The position numbers were made by a program, and so were the translations under genes. From assembly GCA_977862235.1 (NCBI GenBank), contig OZ374559.1, positions 1,178,001 through 1,242,000 on the forward strand: a stretch of DNA of 64,000 nt. The letters are read 5' to 3'. Under the pieces are notes generated by a model. The model ran no database searches. It had not been told where the DNA came from and saw nothing but the letters and a program-made list of their open reading frames with translations. The DNA comes from Dudresnaya verticillata (lineage: Eukaryota). Shown here in pieces: positions 1 through 11,413 of the stretch (the stretch's first letter is position 1; the number at the start of each line of letters is the position of its first letter).

Positions 1-373
1 CTCTGGAACGCTGCACAAAAACCGTTCCCGGCTTCCACGACTATATCCGAATGTTCTCACTCCCCCAGCACAATTCTACACGTGAAATACAATAGAGATT
101 GTTTTGAATATGCGAGATTCAAGTTCCCCAAACAGAGCCACCAATCATACAGATATATTCAGATCTTTCAAGACCTTACTACTCAGAAGGAATTATCAGC
201 TTAATGCAGGTAAACTAATAACCACAACCATAATATCATCTGTAGCACAGCAACGTCTTCGAATAAACACGTGTCAGTTTGCCGCATTATCTAGTCTAAC
301 ACACACAAATCTACAAGGTTTATCGCTTATCTCCAGTCAGGGAGGGGAGTCGTAGATGCTCAAGGGGAAAGGC

Positions 374-651
374 TTTTCAGTTTGTGTCTCGATGCGTCTA
401 CACTGGTGAAAAGACCTTACTGGGGATAGCGAGCCCTGCCGCGCGTCCTGAAGCAGCAACAACCCTATACAACTTCTACCCGAAAGGAGTTTCTACGGGT
501 CTGTGCAACTTTTAGCACTATATTTGGCACTGCACTGTTTGGGGCTGAACCATATGGTGTTACCAAATTTAGAGGCTCTGGAGGGGATATAAGCACTACA
601 GTCCAGCTTAGACAACCCCTCCGTCTCCTCTAAGTTCTTTCCTTCGTTCTC
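374..651 (+). repeat. YR-1 terminal repeat A1
   Basis: 278 bp, about 4 substitutions versus 14470-14747 by eye. Confidence 0.93.
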
Positions 652-710
652 AAGATACTTTCGAACAAAGGATTTGCGTCCCGTTGGACAGGTGAACCGC
701 TCAGACCTCA

Positions 711-1296
711 ATGACCGACCAAAATGTACGCGAAACAGCCACCTCCGTCTCTGTCTCGCCCCCGTCATCTGGTGACTATGTTGATTTTTTTAATATTCCG
801 CTGGCTGCCGGTATGGTTGGCCGCAAGGAATTGTGGCCGCGTTCCAGCCTCGTTCTACCGAATGAGGTCGGATATTTCAAGCCCGAAACGACACTGTACT
901 TGAAGACCTTCCGAAAGGACCGTCGCAACGCAAAGGAACTCGAGTACATCCATTCAGCGGGTTGGTGGCTGGAGCAGTGCAAGGCTGCTCTCGAACTCAT
1001 CAAAGCGGACTCGGATCCAGAGAAACAGTCCCGCTTGCTGGGCCTCATCGAAGAAGGTCTCGGTGGTGCCAAAGAGGTTCTGGCGATGCGAACTGCACAC
1101 TTTCAGACTGTTCTCAGCAAAGGACAGAGCCAGGCCAACCAAATTGCGGAGCTCGTCGAGACTCGTGTTGAGGCCAAGCGCCATCAGGTGCCCTCGGACG
1201 CCTACTCAGATGTATATGAAGAGCTTTCTGCCAAATATATCATCGAAACTGCTAAGTGTCTGGCTAAGGATGCTACTAACGGTAGCAAAAAGCCAG
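711..1296 (+). pseudogene. YR-1 ORF1 (gag-position protein), cut near its C-terminus by the LTR element
   Basis: Clearly homologous to ORF1 of YR-2 (KDRRNxKELEYIHS, LAMRTxHF, QVPS..Y.DVY..LSAKYI); no CCHC knuckle seen. Confidence 0.75.
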
Positions 1297-2149
1297 TGTG
1301 GTATAGACGCTATCCGTGAAATGACTCCGGGATCTACGTGAAAAGAACCGAGAAATACGAATTTCAAAGTGACTTCGTGAATGCGCACGCCACGATGGCA
1401 CACGTATTACAGAGCGCATACCGCGCGCGCGCCACGATGGCATACGCATTACAGCACGCACGTGATACGAAATCGCTGACACCTCCGGATGAATCCCGAT
1501 CCGACTTCGTGATCGCGCGCGCCACGATGGCATTCGCATTACAGCGCGCACCCGATACGAAATCGCTGACACCTTCGTGACTTTCCCGTTGTTTCCCGCG
1601 CGTAACGGCACCGGGGCCCACGAGACACGCGCACCTCCGTATGCATCGCTGGCGCACTTCGCAACCGCCACCATACGTGAGGCGACCGTTCGTTGGCACC
1701 GAGGCCGTTACGAATCATTCGAGTACGAACCGTCTCCCGCGTTGACGCGCATTCGTGCTCACGTAGTACTACTTAGTAGCCAGTCGTCTGGCACAACCTC
1801 CGAGGGTTCCCGATAAGCGACTAGCGCCCGGACCTCGGAGTCTTCGGTAAACGCTGTTTCTTCGAGATCGGTTTCTTCGTCTTCGTGACTGCGGATACGG
1901 TCGAGCCTCGCTTTCGATAGCCTCGCGCACCCGGAGTTATCCCCGGTGATCGATCGCTCGAGTTCTCCCTTCCGCACACAAATACGTTGACACCGTGGTC
2001 CTTCGTGTTAGCCGCTCCGCTCTACCACGCTACCACCCCGTTTTCGTTTCTTCGTTAGGCTACGAGGCCATTCGCTAGGCTCCGAGGCCATTCGCTTACA
2101 GTGCGAGACTTCCCCGTGTCTCCGTGGACTTCGTTTTCGTTATACCACA
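1297..2149 (+). repeat. 5' LTR of gypsy element 1
   Basis: 9-bp terminal inverted repeat; one substitution noticed versus 10543-11395; internal repeats of GCCACGATGGCA...CATTACAG near 1385-1575. Confidence 0.95.
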
Positions 2150-2464
2150 GCCAGGCACAAAGGAGCAATGGTCCTCGATCACCACTCCATGTCGTCCACG
2201 TGGCGCCGAGCTCGGTGGGCCGGCACACGACGAAATGCGCAGAACTGGGAACGGATCGGCGCGACTCCCTTCGTCATCCGAATTCTACAGTTGTTCGATT
2301 CGAACGCGAGTGACCGAGAACCGTTTTCTCGCACTCGCGCTTCCCGAATAACGGTACCCGATCTTCGCACAGACTCGCGTTCGCAGGCTCACGGTAGCCA
2401 GTCCGACCTTTTCGTATACGTACACTCCGTTGGAAATCGTTCCTTCGGATATCGACTCTTCTCG

Positions 2465-4742
2465 ATGAAGCACGTCTCCGGTTCCGAGCTACGTTTACTC
2501 TACGAAGAGTTAATCGATGCGCTTTCTACCGCGTACCGTATCACGCAGCTTTCGATTCGTAATACGCACAATCGAGTTCACGAAGAATTCAACAATCTCC
2601 GCGCTGGCAAGGTCCGTAGGATCGAAGAATCACTCGAGAGTCTCCGAGATCTCGTCTCGGGAGTCAGCAATCGGTTTCTCGTGCTCGAGCGCAACGTATC
2701 CTCCCCCGTGGGCAAGGCGAGTCACTCGCTTCCCGTTCGCAGCTCGCACGCATTCTCCGAGGAACAGTTGAACGCTATTCGTGACATCGTGTCCGCAGCG
2801 TTACCGAAGTCTCGAAGTCGCGAAGATCATCCCGAAGCCCGTCCTGACCCCCGCAATTCGCCGCTAGTTCAACCCTTGCAAGGCCCGGGTGCCCAATCTA
2901 CGTTACCGAAAAACACGTATCCGAATCCATCCCCGCACCCTTTATCGAAACAGGCAACCGATTCCTCCGACAACCCCCGTATCAACCCCGCAGTATTCCG
3001 AGATTCGCTTCAACAACCGATGTCCCCCGGAGGACCCGTAATCGAAAATACGTTAGCGCTCGCGGGACCCGTGTCATCGTTCTGGCACTGGGGACCGCTC
3101 GAGCCGGGCGTCGAACCGATACCGACGCTCATTCCCGAATTCGCGCGGGCCGTAAGCTATCGATCGTATCGACTCACGAATTCGTCACCTCGGGATAATC
3201 AACACGAAGTATTCCGAGGTAACACGTCGAAAACCGTTTCGCGCATGCGTTCGATGATGCCGAGACTCGAGAAGTTTACGGGACGCGACCCTATTAAGGT
3301 TCTCGCATTTCTTCGTGATATTCGACAAGCGCTGAACGGAGTCGGGCTCACCGAAGGAGCAGCAGTTCGTACGATTTCGTGGTTTCTCGATGAGACCGCG
3401 CTCAAGGTGTATCAACACTATGCCTTCGGAGGCGTTCGTACGGGCAACCCGGTTTGCTGGTCCGCGATCGTGAACGTGTTACTACAACGATTTCTCACGG
3501 AAGACGTAATCGCAGACGCACACGATCGCGTGATAACCGCGAAGCAGAAGTCCGATGAAACCGAGATGGAGTTCGCGACTCGTTTGCAAGGCTACGCGGA
3601 TGTCTGCTCCGGTGTCTACGATGACTCTTCGTTAACGCACCAGTTTATTCGTGGATTACTACCTACTACGTATCCTATCGTGGCCGACCAGGTTCGCCGT
3701 TTACCGTGCGTTTACGCACCAGTTTATTCGTGGATTACTACCTACTACGTATCCTATCGTGGCCGACCAGGTTCGCCGTTTACCGCTGTCCGAGCAGAAG
3801 AATTTTATGAGCGTGCAACGAATCGCGCAAGCCGAAGGCACGACATTCCGAGCTCGCGAACTACGTGACACCGCGGCCCAACAGTCGCGTGATTCGAAGA
3901 ACCGAGTGTCTCCTACGTACCCGAAGAGTCGCCAAGCGCCCGGACGCACGATGCTTATCGAAGCTTGCGACACCCCCGGGAGTGAATACGAGTACCCGAT
4001 GAACGAAGATCCGCAAATGGCCGTGATGATGATTCGTTCAGGAACCGGGTCCACATCCGCTACACCGACTACTTCGACAACGGTCTCCGTGGACGATACG
4101 TTAGACCTCACGAGTCGCATCGAGCGTTTCGTACCCTCACGTGTCCCACCGATGACCCCGGAGCAAATCGAGATGGCGCGTTCGATGATACCGAAGAATC
4201 AAGATGCGTGGCCGTGTTGGTTCTGTCGCGAAATCGGTCACCTCATGTATTCGTGTCCGTATCTCACGAAGGAGCAACAACTCTATTGCGCGTACCAGAA
4301 CTACTTGTACCAACTCGAAACGAGACCGTATACGCGTAATAACTTCGTGAATCGCGGCGCATCAAGAGGGAATTCGTTCGCGTCCGTCGACAATCGAGGT
4401 CACCGTGGACAAGACTCCCGAGGATCACGTGACAATCGCGTAAACCGAGATCTTCGTCAAGGTGATACGCGCTACCCGAGGGACCGAGCCCAGCGTCAAG
4501 TCAGCTTCGAGCGTCGAGGACCGCCGACCGTCCTCCGCAATCCGAGACATGCGCAGGGTCCGGGCCGTCAACCGGTTCTCGCAGTCCGTGAAGACGTTGA
4601 CGCGATTGAGCCGAGTCACCCGAACATGCCCTCGGAGGCTTACGAAGACTCCGCGAACAACGGAAAAGGTGATCGATCAACCTCCCCATTGGACGCGGAC
4701 GCTCGCAATTCGGATTCTAGTTCGAGTTCGGAAAACGAGTAA
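2465..4742 (+). pseudogene. gag: Gag of gypsy element 1, frameshifted by a 79-nt insertion
   Basis: Gag-like motifs (EKFTGRDP, QKSDETEMEFATRL, QFIRGL) and CCHC knuckle CWFCREIGHLMYSC; split between ORFs 2168-3868 and 3651-4742; start at ATG 2465 is inferred. Confidence 0.85.
4730..4736 (+). promoter_or_regulatory. Putative -1 ribosomal frameshift site G_GAA_AAC joining gag and pol
   Basis: Lies in gag codon register just before the gag stop; the pol frame is -1 and open from 4721. Confidence 0.6.
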
Positions 4743-4759
4743 AGGCGAAGACGCCCGTT

Positions 4760-7700
4760 GTGTCACGTACTTCGTCTAAATCCGTTCCCCGAGACACACC
4801 GCGTATTCCGATTCCGCGAGCCGCTACGATGCGAAGGAAGCGCGCTGCACGACGACGAGACCGAAAGCGATGTCGAGTCCTTGCGAAAGACGCTTCGTGC
4901 GAAAACAATCCGAAGACGAAACCGATCTCGAAGACCGAACCCGAAGTTACCACCGAGGGATACGTTTGCTTAATGACTTCGGAGATCTTCCTCGTGACCG
5001 GATCCATTGGCCTCGATGCCTCCGTAATGACGCCGCATACGATTGCAGTCGATACGTGTTCCGGTTACAACTTAATAGCCCGGGCTGCGTTACCCACCGG
5101 TTGGGAAGCGAACGCGTCCACGATGGAATCAGCTCCGAGGCTCGCGTCCGCTGATCGCACCCCGTTGCGACTCAATGGTATCGTTTACCTGACAGTCCGC
5201 CTTGGGAACGTTCGATACCGCGTACCCTTCGTGGTTGCGGAGAAACTCGCGGTCGACGTTCTCCTTGGAACTTCGTGGATGGACGCGCATTTACGAAGCA
5301 TCGAGCTCAGCCCACGGAGGCTCATCACGAAGAGTGGAAGTACGATTCCGATTATCAACCGCATTGCTGTATCGGCTCCACCCGCTACTAATTCGAAAAA
5401 TCCGAAACAGAAATTCGAGAAAACGCTATCGAAGCGACACCAACGTGAGCTCCACGATTGGGACCGAGATACCCGTACCATTCGTTTGAACCGCCGCGTC
5501 ACCATACCGAGTTATTCGCAGAAGCTAGTCACCGTGACCTCGGAAGCACTCGGACTAATTCATATCGAACCGAAGCCTTCGTTACAACACCGACACGGAG
5601 TACGGTTAACGAACGGGATACACGAAGTCAGTCCGAATCGCGAGTTTTCGGTGTTGATGGCGAACTTCACGGATAAGCCTCGAGCCCTACCGAAGGGAAC
5701 CGTCATCGGATACGCAGCTCGAAACCCGCTCGCAATTCTGACACCCGATCGCGAAGTCGCGGATTCGTTTGCCAAGGTGCTCAAAATCTCTACGCTACGT
5801 GAGCACAACGACTCGAAGTCACCCGAAGAATCCGTATCCACGAAGGAAAAACCGCTCACGAAGGGCGCCGCGACTGCAGCAGCAGAAGCCAATTCGAGTT
5901 CCCGAGATTGGGAAGAACGCGTAGACCTTTCGAACATACCCGATGAAACTATTCGAAACGAGGTCCTCGAGATGCTACGTAAGCACGAATCGATGTGGAA
6001 CGGAGACTTCGGAACGATCGCAGCCACGGAGCATCGGACCGATCTACAACCCGGTACTCGACCTATCCGTTCGATGCCCTATCGTCAAGGGCCCGCAATA
6101 CGTGAAATCGTGCGTAACGAAATCGACAGTATGCTCGAAGCCGGAGTAATCGAACCAGCCACCTCGGAGTGGGCGTCCCCCGTAGTCCTCGCACCGAAGA
6201 AAGACGGAACAGTTCGTTTTTGCGTAGATTACCGAAGACTCAATACGAAGACGCTATCCGACGCGTACCCACTTCCCCGGATGGAAGATTGTATCGATTC
6301 ACTCGGAGACGCTTCGATTTTCTCGACACTCGATTGTAACAGCGGGTACTGGCAGATTCCGGTTGCCCCGGAAGACCGCGATAAGACTACGTTTACTTCG
6401 TTTCTCGGAACTTATCGTTATCTTCGTATGCCCTTCGGATTGAAAAACGCGCCCGCTACGTTTCAACGCGCACTCGACATCATTCTATCCGGAGTCCGTT
6501 GGCAGTGCTGTCTCGTTTACCTCGATGACGTGATCGTTTTCTCCGCGAATCTTCGTGAACACATCGCGCATCTCGATCAAGTTCTCACGCTACTTCGTAA
6601 CTCCGGAGTTTCGCTCAAGATGAAGAAGTGCTTCCTTTTCCGAAAGCGAGTCGACTATCTCGGACACGTAATTTCCCCGGGGAAGCTGAGTATGGCCGAG
6701 AAGAGCTCCGAAGCATTCCGATACGCGAAGTTCCCGAAGACACTCACGCAAGTCCGTTCATTCCTTGGCACGTGTAACGTATACCGAAGATTCGTGAAAG
6801 ACTTCGCGAAAATTGCGCGACCATTGACGAACATGACGCGAAAGGACGCGGATCCCGACTACGAGAATCCCACGGAGGATCAGGTTACCGCATTCGAAAC
6901 GCTCAAACGGAAGCTCGTGTCACCGCCGATACTCCGGTTACCGCAACTCGGGAAACGTTACATTATCGATACGGACGCGTCTGCGTATCAACTCGGATGC
7001 GCGTTGCTACAGGAGCAAGATAACGAAGAATTCCAACCCGTGGGCTACTGGTCGTATTCGTTAAACGATGCCGAGAAGAACTACTCCGCAACCGAGCGCG
7101 AATGCTACGCAGTCGTATGGGCGGTTACTTCGTTGCGTCCGTATATCGAAGGGACCCGGTTCACCGTGCGTACGGACCACGATGCGCTCCGATGGCTTCT
7201 TTCCCTTACCGATTCGTCCGGGCGACTCACGCGATGGAGGCTTCGCTTAGCCGAATTCGACTTCGAAATCGTGTATCGCCCCGGTCGCGTCCACCAGATT
7301 CCCGATGCCCTGTCGCGATTGCTACTTCCGCATCGCGAACAACCCGCAATCGACGACGAAGTTCCTACGTTTGACTCGGATCAAATCGCAGCGCAGAACG
7401 AAGAACGTTTCCGCAACGACATCACGAAAACCATCGAAAACGAAAGAGACCCGGTTCTCATTACTACGCGATCCCGCAAACGTCAATCGAAGCCCACCGC
7501 GCTTCGCCACGACTCTACGCGAAAGACTACACCCGCGAAATGCGTACATCGAGCAGGCACTACGCCACGACCCACGGAAATCACCATGGGTTCCGAACCC
7601 CACAATCATACGTGCCACGAAGGCTGCGAACACGAACACGACGCAGAACTACGTGATGAATACGCAGGCCAAAAGGATTTCTACGATGACTGCGACTTAT

Positions 7701-9352
7701 GGGACGATATCGATGACGATGATCCGTTTGACCTTTATCGAATTGACCCCAACGAAGAACCGAGTGATCTCACCGACGTGAAACCCGTGGACCTACCTGC
7801 GCCTATTACGGTAACCGAAATCCTCGAAGGACAACGTATTGATTCGTTCTGCCAAACGGTGCAATCACGACAATCGAAAACGAAGGATAGTCTCTTTCAC
7901 GAAGATGGAGACGGTCTCCTGCGACGAACGCACCCAACGATTCCGAAGCTAACGCAAATCGTATTGCCCGAGACGCTCCGACCTCGCTTGCTCACGCTGG
8001 CGCATCATTCGTTACTCGCTGGCCACCCGGGGCAAAATCGTATGTTCTACTCACTTCGTGAAACGTATTACTGGCCTTACATGGCAGCCGATATCGCATC
8101 CACGGTTCGTAACTGTAAACATTGCGCAAGGAATCGAATCCGTCTCCGAAGGAATCTTCATCGCTTGAAGCTCTTCCCCGCTACGCGCCCACTCGAATCG
8201 GTCGCGATTGACATCTTAGGCCCGTTGCCACGAACGAAATCCGGACGCAAGTTCATTCTCGTGATTACGGATCGCTTTACGAAGTTGACCCAGGTGGCCA
8301 CACTACGAGTAATAACCGCGTATCACGTGGTCGTTGCCTTTTGCGAAGTTTGGATATTCAAGTACGGACCGCCAGCCTCGGTGCTCTCGGATAACGGGAA
8401 ACAGTTTACTTCGAAGTTCTTTCAGGGCGTCTGTCGCTTACTCGGGTTATCGAACGTATTCACTTCCGCGTATCATCCGCAAATGAATGGACAATCCGAC
8501 CGCAATAACCGCACTATCCTCGCGATGCTTCGTAACTACGTGAACGACCAACAAAACGATTGGGACCGCTACGTTTCCGCGTTAACGTATTCGTACAATT
8601 GCCACGTTCATCGGTCCACGAAGACAACTCCGTTCAATCTCGTTTTATCGCGACCGCCGCCCGAGTTCACCGTGAAACATCGCTCCCGGAAGCATCGACC
8701 CAAACCCACGGAGGACCTTCGCAACGATTTCGTTAAGCGACTAGATTTCGCTATCGATTCCGCACGCACTTCGTTACAGCGAGTTCAAAATCGTTACAAA
8801 CGCGACTTCGATAAGCGCATCCGCCACACGAAGAGCCACGTCAAACCCGGAGACTACGTGTACCTCGATACCCACAATGGGAAAACGAAACTTCCGAAGT
8901 TGAAATCCCCCGCGGAGGGGCCGTACAAAGTGCTCTTCAACGATACGCGTACACTCGTAATCGATCGCCAGGGCCTCGTTGAACGCGTCTCCGCGGACCG
9001 CTGCATCTACGCGCCACCACCTACGAATTCGCGACCGTCGATTACGCGACCCGAAGACATTGCGGAAAAGGTTACCGAAGGCCCCGAATACGTTGTCGAT
9101 CGCATCCCCGATCACTCGACCGACGACGCCGGCAAATTCGTGTTTCGTATCAAGTAGGACGGCTACGCGACGCCTACGTGGGAACCTCGCACGCACGTGC
9201 CCAAAGAACTCGTTTCGCGCTACTTCGCAAGGCTTCGCAGCCAAGCGGACCCGCGTGACCCCGTGCTACTCGCCCACGAATGGCTCTCCGACTGGGACCC
9301 CGAGTGGTTCCGTGGCCCCGACTTCGTGCTCCGCAATTCGTCGCACGATTAA
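4760..9352 (+). pseudogene. pol: Pol polyprotein (protease, RT, RNase H, integrase, chromodomain) with premature stop at 9155-9157
   Basis: AVDTCSG, RFCVDYRRLN, YLDD, DTDAS, HH-CC zinc finger, IDILG/SDNG. Chromodomain EYVVDRI..FRIK*DGYATPTWEP continues in frame to TAA at 9352. Confidence 0.93.
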
Positions 9353-10143
9353 CGCTCCCACCACGTGCTGACTACGAAGCTGCTCATTCCGATTGCCTCG
9401 GAGCATCCGATCGCCCAGTGCCGCTCGGCGCACATCGCGGCCCAACTTCGTGCTACTCGACATCGCGGCCCACCTTCGTGACTCGACTCCGTATTTCACG
9501 ACGCACCTTCGTCGCGCACGACCACAGCCCCGACACACACGGATGCCTCGGAGCAGATGGCAGCCACCCCGCACATGACAACGCAGCCCTCGGCGGCATC
9601 ACGAAGCCCACTCCGCATCACCGTGTCCGCAAGCGCCGATGCCCACACGAAGTCGCTTCTCACGTAGTCGGAAGCGTTCCGTTTCGCGACGGGAGCGCCC
9701 ACCGCTGCGGCGGTGGACACACACTGCGTCCCACGAGCTTCGTGATATTCGACAAAGGCGCACCGCGCGCACCCGGTTGCACCGCGGCACTCGCATTACA
9801 GGAGCTGACACCGCGACGGACGGACACGCTAACCTATTCGTAACTTTTCATCGACTTCGCAACCCGCGCCTCACTTGCGACACGGAGCTCACCTGTTCCG
9901 ACGCACCTTCGCAACGACCACGGAGTCTCTCGCATGGCCTCGGCGCCCCATTACGCATACGTTCCGCCCGCACCGATGCGCCCCCGAAGCAGCTCGCCCG
10001 CCCTGCCCTGCGCGATCATCGCAACACCCGCACAGCTCTCCGAGGAGCGCATATCCGTAACCCACCCCCCAAGCACGTTGGCGCGGACGCCTTCGTCTTG
10101 AGGAGGGGGCCGTGCACGTGAAATTCCGAAGTCTCGATGACCC

Positions 10144-10489
10144 CGCCATTCGAGAACCGAAGCTGCGATTACGAATCTGTTTTGTCTCCGTGATTCCCAA
10201 GGTCTTCGCGGACTCCGAGGTCCAAGTCAATTGCGATTCGCAACTCTCGGTTTGTCGCGGTCGGACCGTATCGAAATTCCGTGTACCGTATTGCATCGTT
10301 TGCACTCGCACGCACGCCATTCGAGAACCGAAGCTTCGGTTACGAATCCGTTTTGTCTCCGTGATTCCCGAGGTCTTCGCGGACTCCGAGGTCCAAGTCA
10401 ATCGCGATTCGCAACTCTCGGTTTGTCGCGGTCGGACCATATCGAAATTCCGCGCTTCATATTGCATCGCTTGCACACAGGCCACGCCA
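10144..10489 (+). repeat. Two tandem ~171-bp units in the gypsy 3' UTR
   Basis: CGCCATTCGAGAACCGAAGC at 10144 and 10315. Confidence 0.9.
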
Positions 10490-10529
10490 ATTCGTAAATC
10501 CGTAACCCGCGACCGGGACGTTCGCTCTT

Positions 10530-10542
10530 GAGGAGGGGGCCG
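10530..10542 (+). promoter_or_regulatory. Polypurine tract of gypsy element 1
   Basis: GAGGAGGGGGCCG immediately 5' of the 3' LTR. Confidence 0.85.
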
Positions 10543-11395
10543 TGTGGTATAGACGCTATCCGTGAAATGACTCCGTGATCTACGTGAAAAGAACCGAGAA
10601 ATACGAATTTCAAAGTGACTTCGTGAATGCGCACGCCACGATGGCACACGTATTACAGAGCGCATACCGCGCGCGCGCCACGATGGCATACGCATTACAG
10701 CACGCACGTGATACGAAATCGCTGACACCTCCGGATGAATCCCGATCCGACTTCGTGATCGCGCGCGCCACGATGGCATTCGCATTACAGCGCGCACCCG
10801 ATACGAAATCGCTGACACCTTCGTGACTTTCCCGTTGTTTCCCGCGCGTAACGGCACCGGGGCCCACGAGACACGCGCACCTCCGTATGCATCGCTGGCG
10901 CACTTCGCAACCGCCACCATACGTGAGGCGACCGTTCGTTGGCACCGAGGCCGTTACGAATCATTCGAGTACGAACCGTCTCCCGCGTTGACGCGCATTC
11001 GTGCTCACGTAGTACTACTTAGTAGCCAGTCGTCTGGCACAACCTCCGAGGGTTCCCGATAAGCGACTAGCGCCCGGACCTCGGAGTCTTCGGTAAACGC
11101 TGTTTCTTCGAGATCGGTTTCTTCGTCTTCGTGACTGCGGATACGGTCGAGCCTCGCTTTCGATAGCCTCGCGCACCCGGAGTTATCCCCGGTGATCGAT
11201 CGCTCGAGTTCTCCCTTCCGCACACAAATACGTTGACACCGTGGTCCTTCGTGTTAGCCGCTCCGCTCTACCACGCTACCACCCCGTTTTCGTTTCTTCG
11301 TTAGGCTACGAGGCCATTCGCTAGGCTCCGAGGCCATTCGCTTACAGTGCGAGACTTCCCCGTGTCTCCGTGGACTTCGTTTTCGTTATACCACA
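10543..11395 (+). repeat. 3' LTR of gypsy element 1
   Basis: 853 bp, followed by TSD GCCAG. Confidence 0.95.
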
Positions 11396-11413
11396 GCCAG
11401 GCACAAAGGAGCA

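Larger units (their letters stand above)
1297..11395 (+). mobile_element. Chromodomain-bearing Ty3/gypsy LTR retrotransposon (defective)
   Basis: 853-bp LTRs TGTGGTATA...TATACCACA; 5-bp TSD GCCAG (1292-1296, 11396-11400); gag then PR-RT-RH-IN-chromodomain; PPT before the 3' LTR. Confidence 0.96.

Noticed and set aside
446..490. Hammerhead ribozyme in repeat A (CTGAAG...CGAAA)
   Set aside because: The core reads CTGAAGC rather than CTGANGA, and I could not build the three stems
1383..1580. CRISPR-like repeat-spacer pattern
   Set aside because: Degenerate sub-repeats inside an LTR, no unique spacers, no cas genes, eukaryotic context
2168..2464. N-terminus of the 566-aa ORF as part of gag
   Set aside because: It is read from the duplicated YR-1 flank plus the gypsy leader, so it is a chimera
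9266..10920. Extra or antisense gene in the gypsy 3' region
   Set aside because: GC-rich repeats leave several frames open; no motif supports any of them
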